The translations under genes and the position numbers were made by a program. Below the pieces are notes generated by a model, which did no database searches, was not told the origin of the DNA, and saw only the letters and a program-made list of their open reading frames with translations. A stretch of 63,287 nt of DNA, counting the filler, from Octopus bimaculoides (Eukaryota), in NCBI RefSeq assembly GCF_001194135.2. It is 5 parts of 4 records of this genome, joined end to end, with 100 filler letters (N's around TTAATTAATTAA, not from the genome) between each part and the next. Parts side by side here need not be neighbours in the genome. Positions count along the whole stretch, not along the records: positions 26,133 to 47,814 come from NC_068994.1; 4 more parts are not named here. The stretch is one strand, 5' to 3'. Positions within the stretch are counted from its first letter, which is position 1; each line of letters begins with the position of its first letter. This document shows, one piece after another, positions 26,748 to 37,687 of this stretch.

Positions 26748-27036
26748 AAAAGGTAAAGCTTTGTATGAGCTTTGTATTGGTTATCACAAAAGTATTAAAA
26801 TACAGATATACATTCTTTGATAATAATAAGAAAATGTTAAAACAGTTTACAAGAAAGTATTTAAGAAAGTAATCAGAACGGAACTCTGATTACTTTCTTA
26901 AATGCTTTCTTGTAAACTGTTTTTAACATTTTCTTATTATTATCAAAGAATGTATATCTGTATTTTATTACTTCTGTGATAATCAGTACTTAACACAACA
27001 AAGTTCATACAAAGCTTTACATTTTACTTTTGACAA
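26737..27036. repeat. 300-bp near-perfect inverted repeat (hairpin), 7-nt loop at 26878-26884
   Basis: ...AAGAAAGTAATCAGA acggaac TCTGATTACTTTCTT...; arms of about 141 and 152 bp pair out to TTGTCA/TGACAA. Confidence 0.95.
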
Positions 27037-27089
27037 AGAACAGTGACAACTTATAATGGGTAAGAGGTTAATAGGTAAGAATATCAAAA

Positions 27090-28065
27090 TAAGAAAACAA
27101 AATAAGAACTTATATTAAAAAAATAGGAAATACAAGATTCAAGCTGTTTTGCGGGAAAATATTCTATTGTATCTGGGGGAAGCAGGGAAGTTTTTTCTAA
27201 AATTGCCATAAATTTCTTATATGTGTTTGTGGATATGGCACAGTTATACCAGACCAAATCATTATTTTCAGACCTCTTACGTATGTAAAAGCGGAATCTA
27301 CCTGCTCTTTCAACGCTTCCCAAAGTCGCGACTTGATTATTAGATATGGCTATACTATTGGTATTTTTCTTATTATTACAGGGTGGCGTAATCCGCTCAA
27401 TCGCACCACTACATTTATTATACAAACTAATATCCCTATTGGTTAGCATCTAATTTCCTGTTGTTACTTATCTTCTGTATTTAAATCGATGGATTTGTTG
27501 GTTGCTTTTATAGTAGGTCTGTTTTCCTGACCAAGTAAGCCTGTATTCCCCCACTCACTTAAATTCTCATTATTTCTACTATTAGTAGGTGTTATACTTT
27601 CTGGATTAAGAAAAGTAATTCCATGGTTGTAGCCTGCCTTCTAAGGCAGGATACAAAGCGAAGTTATACTGGTGGGAATGGGTATTAAAAATGTCTTTTT
27701 TGCTGATAACTTCGTAATTCTTTTAGAAATACTTTTAACTACTGATTTTAATATATCAGGGGGTACTGATCTTATAATTTGTTCACATACTTCGTAACTT
27801 CGCCTGGTTTTCTGCAGGGGTGGTATAATCCTGAGTTAATGTCTAATGTAGTATCCAAAAAAATTTCCACTTTTGTGCCATATTGAAACGTAAGTTGAAG
27901 CTTTTAAAAAATTTCTAATTCTTTTCCTCATTCTTTCTATGATCGATTTGTTGTCGCTAGGGATAATAAATAGAGCATCGTCTTTATATAAACCTCCCTG
28001 CAATTCAATGGTTTTTCTTATAAGCTGACAAGGTGAGTTGAGCTTAACCCTAGGCGCAGTAAGAG
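27090..28065 (-). pseudogene. Highly decayed Penelope-like RT fragment
   Basis: GGLYKDDALFII...IERMRKRIRNF (GLYRDDGL motif) and RKR...LVWYN...STNTYKKF..IL.K....ISY in minus-strand frames; same domain order as the PLE at 39335. Confidence 0.65.
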
Positions 28066-28121
28066 CCACTGACGAGAATTAAGATGCTCTGCATCAAAAT
28101 TCAAAGTCACGTGATATGGCT
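28064..28121 (+). ncRNA. Degenerate type I hammerhead motif
   Basis: AGCCA-CTGACGA-GAATT aa GATGC(TCT)GCATC aa AATTC-AAAG-TCACGTGA-TA-TGGCT. All three stems pair, but GAAA has become AAAG. Confidence 0.55.
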
Positions 28122-28464
28122 ATATCTGCAACCGTAGGGAGCTTTGTCTGCCTTGTCAGAAGCAGAAATATATGAGCTCCACTTATTTTGTGTAATATCA
28201 GGTTCTAAGACTTTAGGTATTTCCCGATTGCAAATTAGTGTGCCTGGGAAGATAAAGACGTTTGGAAAAATTGTACTAGGAATGACAATGATGCACCTTC
28301 TTTTACTGGTAAAAAAAAAAGAAAGTACGAAAATATTATTATGAGAGACATGCACTCATGCACATACACGCGCACACACATCTACACAGATACTCACACA
28401 AACATGCATAGATATGTAGTGAAAGAGAGAGATACAAATATCAGATATTGTGTATACGTGTACG

Positions 28465-28477
28465 CCTTTGCGTGTGT

Positions 28478-28508
<31 letters not shown>

Positions 28509-28615
28509 GTATGTATGTATGTATGTATGTATGTGTGTATATGTGTCTGTATGTGTGTGTATGTATGTGTGTGTATGTATGTGTGTGTGTATGTATGTGT
28601 GTGTGTATGTGTGTA
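28465..28615. repeat. (TG)n/(TATG)n microsatellite
   Basis: Directly visible. Confidence 0.9.
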
Positions 28616-29623
28616 TTCAATAAAAGGTGTAGCCAAAGCATTCAAATACACAGTTCAGAAAACAACTATTTTAATTATTGTTACATTTTTGATGCAGAAG
28701 CTGTTTGTGCGTGCTCGCGTGGGTACGTATACATGTGTACATGTATGAATGGTTACATGCGTGTATGTGTGTGCGTGAATGCGTGTATTTCTGAATCTAC
28801 TTTTGTATGGTGGATCCTTATGGGTCGTTAGTTAACTTTGTACCAATTCAACGAAACAGGTCACGTGATCAGTTGTTACACACTATTCGCGTGAGTCACT
28901 GAACGGCACTATCAGAGTGTAAAGACGCTACTAAGATACAACAAATTAACTTCCATTTCCTCTTTAATCAGATGAAAATTATCCAAAATCTCAGTGTGGC
29001 AATTAAAAATCATTTGTTTTCCTTCTGTGCGATACTGCGAGCTGCTACAGGATTTGCAGTTGTAATGTGGAGAGTCTCTGCTGACTCTATAACGGAGCAG
29101 TCATTTCTATGGTCTCAAACTTCCAAACTAAATGAGACAGGATTAAGGAATTTACTCTGTCTCTGGACCTAAAGGAATTCAGAAGTTGTTACGCTCTTCT
29201 GGTCATACCTATATAGTTCCTCTACATACTATCAGGTAGAATGAATGTAGCTCTAAATACCACTGGTTTGGAAACGCAGAATCTTCTCGGTGCTAATTTA
29301 CTGGCTCCTAGAATGGATACTAAATTTACGAACAGTTTACAAGGACCCAACTTTTAAACTGTGTGCGGCTAAGGTTTGACTCATAGTGAGCAACTGATCG
29401 ATTAGGCGCACGCTTTTGCAGCTGTAAAACACGGAGTAACGGCTGCCTATGTCACAAACTGCCCACCTACAATCATAAGTTCTAGCATAATATACTGTGC
29501 ACTTTTCTTTTTGTGTACGTACACATTATTATGTATATATGCATTATATACATGTACATACGCACACATGTAGATACAGCACGCACACACACACAAGCAC
29601 AAACACACACATGCACAAAAACA

Positions 29624-29692
<69 letters not shown>

Positions 29693-30314
29693 GCACGCAC
29701 GCACACAAACTCGCGCGCGTTGCGCGCGCGCACACATATATTATCGGTTGGTTGTCAGAAAGTACACTCTAAAGGACAAATCGAGCGATTATACTTTTAT
29801 ACTGCGTAGCAGTATATTCTTTGTTATGGCATATAACTGGTCAGAAATTTACCGACGGTTTCGCGTCGATTGGTATGCTTGGCAATATTGACGTCTCTTC
29901 AAATATGCTGGCCGGAAATGCCTAGTCTCTTTTATGCTTGAGGTGAATATAAAGTCCTGGCTCACTCGGTGGTGCTAAAAAGCGGAACGAAAACGGTGAT
30001 AAAAAGTTACATTTTCCGGGAGAAAATGAAGAGTTGCCTCCCATAGTACGACATCAGCTGTGCCCTAACGGAGTCAACTGTACCTACGTACATATTTTCG
30101 GTCTTCTAATCCAAAAAAGGGGACTACCACATTGTCAAAAACAAATTTGCTATCATGAGGGATGCAACTATATATTTAGCTCAGGAAGGCACCCGAGACG
30201 TATTAACCTATAAAGTGTAATATTTACTTTATGAGTTGAACACACTGAAATTGCCTTGACGTATTCAGAATAAGTATGAAAGTATTCATTGCTGATCTCG
30301 CTGTTGACGGTTGT

Positions 30315-30456
30315 GGTTTAAAGGCACGAAATAAAGTTTACATCGGGGATGACAGCCAGATCATTCAGTTGTAATCACGCATCGACTCTGCCGATCCCTC
30401 GCCAGCTAGGACCACTACGCTAGCAGCACACGACTTTCTTTGCCTGCAGACACCGT
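30315..30456. repeat. LTR-like direct repeat, left copy (3' LTR, extends to about 30581)
   Basis: GGTTTAAAGGCACGAAATAAAGTT...GCCGATCCCTCGCCA...CACCGT is shared with 33724-33889. Confidence 0.8.
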
Positions 30457-30763
30457 AAGAAAGAGACCGACTTGAACTGTCGTTCGCCTACGTGACGTAA
30501 TCTCGTCTTCCGGTCCTTTCGCGTCCTGTCCTCTCGCGACCTCTTTCTTTCTTCTCTCCAATCAATTATCCTTCCACCACATGCCTCCCTGATCTAAAGA
30601 TCATTGCTCCTCTATTCTGTTTCGTAATCATCCATCCACTTGGGAGGACGAACTTTGAAATCTCCGTAGGGTTACGAGGCCGGCTTCTCCTTCTTCGTCA
30701 TAGGAAGAGCTAATCACCCTTCGAATACCCAGGACGTGACACAGCATTCCATCCACTGATACA

Positions 30764-31522
30764 TTATTCGGGGTACACTGAGCGTTCGGGAGCTTCACCC
30801 ACACTTCCTCCCAACCTGTACCGATGTAACCCCTTCCACCTCTGGCTGCTGTACAGGTATATGGCCCTTTGCGGGACCGACTCTTCGGCTTGCACTACCC
30901 TGGGTGACATATTGTACCAGAAGGTTGCCTCCATGGGGGCAACTCGTCCCCTCTCAGCCATGTCTTTAATCGTACGGTGGTGCTGTTCCACAATCCCGTT
31001 TCTACCTGACCTGTATTCAGCTCTAAAGAAGCGTCTTGTCCTCCACCTTTCGAGCATCTCCTTCAGCTGCTCTAAGCGAAAAACTGTGCTGCTGTCCATC
31101 AATAGCTCGTCTGCAGGTCCTCTTTCCAAGAACACCGCATTCAGCGCTTCTGCAGCTTTGACTGCAGTCTCCGCTGTGATTTCTCTCCATATAACCATTC
31201 GCCCCGGTCCATAGTCGACCATTGAAAGGTACACCTCTCTTCGATAGTGCATCACGTTAATGGCTAGCCTCTTCCACTCTTCATCCACTCGAATCTTTCC
31301 TGTTTCGTGTGCGCTCGGAGCAGGATAGATAGATTGGTATCTGTTGCAATTCTCCACTGTCCTCCGAATGCTCTCCCTGGTGACATCGGGGTCGACCATC
31401 CTGGTCAAAACCAACGTCCTGTCGATCCTCATGTGGTGCATGTTGTGAAGCCTCCTCATTTCTGTGCTTTCCAACTGACAAACCGCTGCTACCCCACTCG
31501 GAACATCCTCTGCTGTTTCCAA
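30764..31522 (-). pseudogene. Gypsy integrase (HHCC zinc finger plus DDE core), decayed
   Basis: H..HH...C..Y remnant, WKRLAINV (D to N), LLMDSST.F, NGIVEQHHRTIK, ATFWYNMSPR. Confidence 0.9.
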
Positions 31523-31539
31523 CTAATGCTTTTTCACTC

Positions 31540-31990
31540 TGATTAGAACGTCCACCTTATTCTTTTCCGGGGGGAACAAAAACCACATGCAACTCTAGGC
31601 CGAACTCAGCAGCTAGCTCCCTCGGGATTCCCAGGCGACACTTAATCACCATTTCCGCGCCTCTTTCGTGCGAATCCTCTTCCGGTTGGTGATCATTGAT
31701 TCGAGCCACCCTCGCACCGTGGCAGAATCAGTCTGGACCTCGACAACTCGCAGTCCCCATCTCAGCGTTAGGTTCATACACTTTCACACAGCGTCCAGCT
31801 CAGCTATGTTGGTATAGTTGTAGTCATCCTTCTTCCTAAGTCACGCCGCTTCAATACCTCCCATTTCAAAAATGACTCCCAACGCTATGCTGCTCGCCTT
31901 GCACCATACCATCGCCTTCTCTCCCACTTTATCATCCCAGTTCACTCATTCTGCTTGCCTTTTGATATAGCTACATGCCATTCGGAGCCA
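31540..31990 (-). pseudogene. Gypsy RNase H, decayed
   Basis: Minus strand with stops: ASSIALG...AA.LRKKDD...NIAELDAV...NL.LRWG...DSATVRGW...N..DVLIRV. Confidence 0.75.
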
Positions 31991-32044
31991 TCCTGCAACA
32001 GAGTAGTGACCCACCAGCTCCCCACAAACACAAACTTACCCACT

Positions 32045-32620
32045 TCATCTCTTTCGAACCCGAGTCCCACCGCCGTACCTCCCGAGTCCCAACGCCGTAC
32101 CTCCCTCTGGCGGCTTTGTCGTCAGTTCGAACCTCCGTAGATGGTCCACGATTTCTTCTATCGATACCACATTCTCATCTACCAGGATATCATCAACATA
32201 TGAGCTGGTAACCTGCTCCACTTTGGCCTCTTTGCTCAGAAGCGCCTTGAGAACCTTCACCATGATCTTCGGTGTTGAACTCAGGCAGTCGACTCAGACC
32301 GAAACGCAGTCGAATCAGGCAGTATGTTCTGCCTTTGTACTTCACCAGTTGCTACTTCCACAACTTCTCTGGTACATGGAGCTGCAGACAGGCTGACTTG
32401 TGGTCGACGATCGCAGTCACTCCCCTCATTCGCATCTACTCAGGAAGGGTTTCTCCACACTCGTTCGGTGCCTCGCCGCCCGTATGACAGGACATATGTT
32501 TGTTCAACTCCCTGAAGTCCAGCACCGGTCGAACCTTATTCTTTGTCGGCTGAACCACTACCATCAACGGCATCAAACCGCTCGTTGTCTCCTCACTCTA
32601 TCATATCAAAATGCCCTCCT
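32045..32620 (-). pseudogene. Gypsy reverse transcriptase, frameshifted
   Basis: TSSYVDDILVDE (YVDD motif), preceded by a PFGL-like segment and a LM.VVQP.KNKVRPV.DFRELN-type stretch. Confidence 0.85.
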
Positions 32621-32791
32621 CTATCCGTCTGTTCACCTCTCTCTCGAACTCGGACCTGGCTTCTCCTTTCAGGTAGTACTCCACCGTCCATCTTTCACCG
32701 TCGAACTCAGCACGGAAGCTCTCTTCTTCATCCATTCCGACCACTACGTCGACGCCGTCCACCACCTCATCAACTACAATCGCCTGCAGTC

Positions 32792-32998
32792 TCAATATAT
32801 CTCCAGCTCCACTTCGCTGATGCCTCTACATTTGACCTCCCTGCCATGTACCGCACTGAGCATGATATTTCCACTCCAGCTCACGACCATTCTCGCGGTT
32901 TCCAGGGTGGTTGTACAACCCATATCCACGAGGGCTCGTGCTTCCCTTGCCCCAACCATAAGCCTCGCAACAGGCAACGATCGGTTGTGTTCCTTCAA
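32792..32998 (-). pseudogene. Gypsy aspartic protease
   Basis: ARALVDMGCTTTL is the retroviral-type D(T/S)G flap motif with a T-to-M change. Confidence 0.75.
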
Positions 32999-33014
32999 TT
33001 AGTCGAGGAGGGAA

Positions 33015-33480
33015 CTAGCGGCGGAATAGTTCCTCTCTCTTCGTTTCCCTGCTTGCAGTTATTCGCTTTGTGCCCAGGTTGGTCGCATCGGTAACACGCC
33101 ACCATTGGTTTTGGTTCCGCACATTCCCTGACCATATCCGGACCTCAACATCTGAAGCATGGTCCCTTGGCTGTTCGCTTACCAGACTCTCGCTGTCGTT
33201 GTTCGCCGCCTGCCTCTTCGTTCTGCTCATATCCGCCGTCACTATCGTCGCTACGTCGCGTGTGTCGCTTTTCCTCAACACCCGCGATTTGTCAATCATT
33301 TCTCCTACCGACATCGTTTCGATGTCCGGCATCTGCTGCAGACGTAGAGAGATATGGTCGGTGAATCCGGTCACAAAAGCCACTCCATTGTTGCTCCACG
33401 TAAAAATCCTGCTAGGCCCATTAACCTTCTAATTTCGCTCACGTAGTCATCTATCTACTCCTCGTCTGTCTACCGATTCT
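33015..33480 (-). pseudogene. Gypsy gag C-terminus with two CCHC zinc knuckles
   Basis: An alternative minus frame reads CYRCDQPGHKANNC (CX2CX4HX4C), preceded by a broken knuckle CFRC*GP.(H)MVREC; upstream VAFVTGF.D.I..RL. Confidence 0.75.
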
Positions 33481-33723
33481 GATTTTTATGACCATCGTGC
33501 GTCGGTGGTCGGAATGGAAGGAACACACAAAAAAAAAACGAGGAAGAAAAACAGAAATAAAATATATANNNNNNNNNNNNNNNNNNNNNNNNNNNNNNNN
33601 NNNNNNNNNNNNNNNNNNNNNNNNNNNNNNNNNNNNNNNNNNNNNNNNNNNNNNNNNNATATATATATATATAATTCTCGAACATACCTTCACAGCTGGT
33701 AACGACGTGCCGAAATAGCTTAC

Positions 33724-33889
33724 GGTTTAAAGGCACGAAATAAAGTTGTTCTTACCTCGAGTTGACATCGGGGACGACGGCCAGATACTTCAGTTGTAAT
33801 CACGTGTCGACTTTGCCGATCCCTCGCCAACTACGGACACTACACACGACTGCTAGCAACATACGACTTTCCTTGCTTGCAAACACCGT
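33724..33889. repeat. LTR-like direct repeat, right copy (truncated)
   Basis: Homologous to 30315-30456 with many substitutions and indels. Confidence 0.8.
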
Positions 33890-34300
33890 CGCCCTCTTTC
33901 TCCAATGTCAAGAGCACTGCAGAGTTTGCATATGATGTAATATATGAGATTTGCCGAAGTGCAACAGAAGTGTTGTGTTATGTGATATTGCTTCTTGGGA
34001 CCCGTGATGATGGTGACATTGCTGATGTAGGGGCATGTGTTACATCGTCGGCGAGAACATTTAAAGGTTACAGAGTGTGCGAAGCTGAGAGCTGTGAAAC
34101 TTTTAACAGGGAGATTTCTAAGACTTCTATCTTTTTTAAAAGACAGGAGAGGCGGTGTGGAAAAGATAGAGGCGGTTGTTGGATCAGAAAGAAGAATACG
34201 AAAGCTATGGGTGAGTTTTGCTTTAGAGGGAGGATGAACAGGTAGTAGGTGAGAGAGAGAGAGTGGAATCTTATCTCCAAATGAGAAGCCTTTCCTTTTC
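33890..34300 (-). pseudogene. Penelope-like linker plus GIY-YIG endonuclease, truncated
   Basis: PPLLSFKKDRSLRN.LV...KCSRRRCNTCPYI...F.CTSANLIYYIICKLCSALDIGERGRR: Cys-rich linker plus NLIY.I.C..C...YIGE. Confidence 0.85.
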
Positions 34301-34503
34301 CTTAATAGCATGCAGAGAATTCTCAAATCTTGAGGTTACTTTCTCCTCTCAAGTGGAGCTGGGCATAATTGTCATTTGGTAATTATGATACATCCTCTAG
34401 AGGTGGAGATACTTTTAATGAATGAATAATTTTTGTTGTATGGTATTTGACGTATTGATATTTGCCCATGTTATTCAAATATATGCCACTGACCACTTAT
34501 AGT

Positions 34504-34732
34504 TATTTCTTATTTCTTTATTACCCACAAGGAGCTAAACATAGAGGAGACAAACAAGGACAGACGAAGGGATTACATCGACCCCAGTGCGTAACTGGTA
34601 CTTAATTTATCGACCTCGAAAGGATGAAAGGCAAAGTCGACCTCGGCGAAATTTGAACTCAGAACGTAACGGCAGACGAAATACCGCTAAGCATTTCACT
34701 CGGCGTGCTAACGTTTCTGCCAGCTCGCCGCC
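34504..34732 (-). mobile_element. SINE family A, full length
   Basis: Reverse complement from the ...CTGCCAGCTCGCCGCC head to the ATTTCTTATTTCTTTATT tail. Confidence 0.92.
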
Positions 34733-35050
34733 TATAACTTCCAGTTATTTCTCTTAGCTCAATTTTATTTAAATTATGCAAATTACCTAGGCCATAACAA
34801 ATTACCTTTGCATAAGTCTAAGTCGTTTGGCTAGTGCATGTAAGATTGGGCAATTGTCGTGCCAGAAACATTTGTTCACGACCGTCCGCTTACCTGCAGA
34901 CAATAAGCTTGTTCTTTTTTTCCCTTGTCAGAAATCCTTGAACCTTGAAACTGTCTCCCTTTATCAAGTGGAGCTGGTCGTATTGTTTGATAATTACGAT
35001 ACACCTGCTAGAGGCGGAGAAAACTTTGATAAATCAAAAATTATTTAATA

Positions 35051-35430
35051 CAGTTCTATATTTAAGAGATGAGGAATTATGTACATTATTTACATTTAAC
35101 GGATATTTGTCCTCATCTTGTTTTTTGTTGTTAACACAACATTTCGGCTGATATACTCTCCTGCCTTCATCAGGTGTCTTAGGGAATTTTCTAACCTGGG
35201 TTCTCATTCCTAAGGTATTTTTCGATGTTATCATTATTATTTTTATTATTCAGATCACTGACTGGAATCGAACAAAGAATTTTGGGGTTAGTAGCCCGCG
35301 CTCTTAACCACTACGAGCATATGGCGTAGTGGTTAAGAGCGCGGGCTACTAACTCCAAAATTCCGAGTTCGATTCCAGGCAGTGACCTGAATAATAAAAA
35401 TAATATGTAAATAATGTACATAATTCCTCA
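35051..35430 (-). mobile_element. Second tRNA-headed hammerhead element; head duplicated head-to-head, tails outward at both ends
   Basis: Left terminus CAGTTCTATATTTAAGAGAT is the same as at 24213. Perfect A-box TGGCGTAGTGG 35322-35332 and B-box GAGTTCGATTCC 35365-35376. Inverted arms 35281-35315 and 35325-35359. Confidence 0.8.
35133..35178 (-). ncRNA. Type I hammerhead ribozyme motif, canonical CUGAUGA/GAAA core
   Basis: Minus strand: GACAC-CTGATGA-A-GGCAG(GAGAGTATAT)CAGCC-GAAA-TGTT-GTGTT; one stem II mismatch; minimal stem III; GUU site. Confidence 0.65.
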
Positions 35431-35603
35431 TTTCATAAAAATTATTTTGCATGGTATTTGACATACCAATATTTCTTTCACTCTCCCCCTCTCTATCTCT
35501 CTCTTTCTCTCAATACACACACACACACACACACACACATGTCTGTGTGTGTAGCAGAGATATCCGGCATTGCTCGGGATTAAAATGGCATAGTTTTTTA
35601 TTG

Positions 35604-35889
35604 TTTTACTTGTTTCAGTCATGTGACTGCGGCCATGCTGCAGCACTGCTTTTAGTCGAAGTAATCGACTCCAGGATTTATTCTTTGTAAGCCTAGTACT
35701 TATTCTATCGGTGTGTTTTGTTAAATGGCTAAGTTACGGGGACGTAAACACAGCAACATCGGTTGTCAAGCGATGATGCGGCTACAAAAACACACACACC
35801 ACAAATATACACATATATCCGACAGTCTTCTTTCAATTTCCGTGTACGAAATCCACTCACAAGGCTGTGGTGGGCCTGAGGCTATAGTA
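35604..35889 (-). mobile_element. SINE family B, headless copy
   Basis: Tail through GAGGCTATAGTA; inverted relative to the copy at 35900. Confidence 0.85.
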
Positions 35890-35899
35890 CATATATATA

Positions 35900-36270
35900 G
35901 GCGTAGGAGTGGCTGTGTGGTAAGTAGCTTGCTTACCAACCGCATGGTCCCGGGTTCAGTCCTGGGTTCAGTCCCACTGCGTGGCATCTTGGGCAAGTGT
36001 CTTCTACTATAGCCTCGGGTCGACCAAAGCCTTGTGAGTGGATTTGGTAGACGGAAACTGAAAGAAGCCCGTCGTATATATGTATATATATATGTATGTG
36101 TGTATGTGTTTGTCCCCCCAACATCGCTTGACAACCGATGCTGGTGTGTTTATGTCCCCGTAACTTAGCGGTTCGGCAAAAGAGACCGATAGAATAAGTA
36201 CTAGGCTTACAAAGAATAAGTCCTGGTGTTGATTTGCTCGACTAAAGGCGGTGCTCCATCATGGCCACAT
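35900..36270 (+). mobile_element. SINE family B, full length (small internal duplication GGGTTCAGTCC)
   Basis: GGCGTAGGAGTGGCTGTGTGGTAAG...GGCGGTGCTCCATCATGGCCAC. Confidence 0.92.
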
Positions 36271-36299
36271 GGCACTGGAAACACATAGGATTATTAAAA

Positions 36300-36770
36300 G
36301 TAAGAGACAACCGCAATCTCTCAAGTTATTCACCAGCACCAAATTACCCACCAAAAATACAACTCCACTAGTCAAAAAGTGCAACCGCCCTTACTGCGGA
36401 ACTTGAATCTTCCTCTTAGAGGGCTCAACATACAAATTTTAGTCAAGTCAAACTTTTACCGTAAAAAATCACTTCACCTGTGCTTCGAAGAATTTAATCT
36501 ATGTTCTCAAATGTGGAGGGTGTGGTGGAGATTATATAGGTCAGACTAGTTTAACCTTGAGAGACAGACTAACAGTGCAAAAGCAACAAATCCGAGACCC
36601 CACGACTAGGAAAACTCCCGTAAGCAAACATCGAGACCATTGAGACATAGACCCGAAATACCAAACCTTCCCTCTCTATCAATGCACTGGAAACACTTCA
36701 ACCCAATTCCGTATAAATAAGGAAAGCATACTCATTAAAAAATATAAAACCACAGCTGAATATCCTTTAG
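36300..36770 (+). pseudogene. Penelope-like GIY-YIG endonuclease, decayed
   Basis: KKCNRPYCGT...FTCASKNLIYVLKCGGCGGDYIGQTSLTLRDRLT...KH...FPLYQC...FRINKESILIKKYK (by-eye translation with stops). Confidence 0.85.
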
Positions 36771-37687
36771 AAAGAATAAAAACAATAAAGGGAAAAAGAA
36801 AAAGACTCAATCTCTCCAGAAAAAAACAACCAGGAACAACAAACAATTTTAAAAACGAGAGTTCGTACGCACGATGGAAAGAGGATCAGAGAAACTATAA
36901 ACCAAATCCCTTTTTTGCTTGCTGTCTTCGTTATCTCCCTTGTTTTCTTTTTCTCTCTTAACTCAGTATGACTGAAACTTTGATGATATTCATTTCATGT
37001 CTATCAATACTACCAGTAATGAGCTTTGTACATTCAAACAAATTGATGCACAGTTTTAATATTATTGATTGTTATGAATATTTAAACTTGACAACATTGA
37101 CATTTTTTAACATGTTTTTCTAATTCATAATTCCAAATTTGTCTGTTATGAACATTTAAATTTGTCAACATTGAAACTTTTAAAGATGCTTTCTTCTAAT
37201 TCATAATTCTAAATTTTTACAAAAAAATATTGTTGAAAATAGTTTGGTATATATGTAAATAAATTTATTTTAAACAATAACAAGTTTTTCAAATTTGGGT
37301 GCATTTTCAACAACAAATTTGCCTATAATTTTTCCTGNNNNNNNNNNNNNNNNNNNNNNNNNNNNNNNNNNNNNNNNNNNNNNNNNNNNNNNNNNNNNNN
37401 NNNNNNNNNNNNNNNNNNNNNNNNNNNNNNNNNNNNNNNNNNNNNNNNNNNNNNNNNNNNNNNNNNNNNNNNNNNNNNNNNNNNNNNNNNNNNNNNNNNN
37501 NNNNNNNNNNNNNNNNNNNNNNNNNNNNNNNNNNNNNNNNNNNNNNNNNNNNNNNNNNNNNNNNNNNNNNNNNNNNNNNNNNNNNNNNNNNNNNNNNNNN
37601 NNNNNNNNNNNNNNNNNNNNNNNNNNNNNNNNNNNTATTTTACAGAATAATAGAATTAAAATTTCTTTCATTAAAACTCTTTCTAAC

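Larger units (their letters stand above)
30301..33889 (-). mobile_element. Decayed Ty3/Gypsy LTR retrotransposon
   Basis: Minus-strand order gag-PR-RT-RNaseH-IN, with IN last as in Gypsy. LTR-like direct repeat at 30315-30456 and 33724-33889. Purine tract AGGGAGGCA followed by TGTGG at the inner edge of the 3' LTR (about 30581). Confidence 0.9.

Noticed and set aside
35317-35385. Possible true tRNA gene (ACT at the anticodon position); likewise the heads at 24329, 45594 and 53800
   Set aside because: The acceptor stem does not close and each head continues into a repeated SINE body; these are tRNA-derived heads, not tRNA genes.
37072-37220. Two ~75-bp AT-rich tandem units
   Set aside because: An ordinary local duplication with no further structure.
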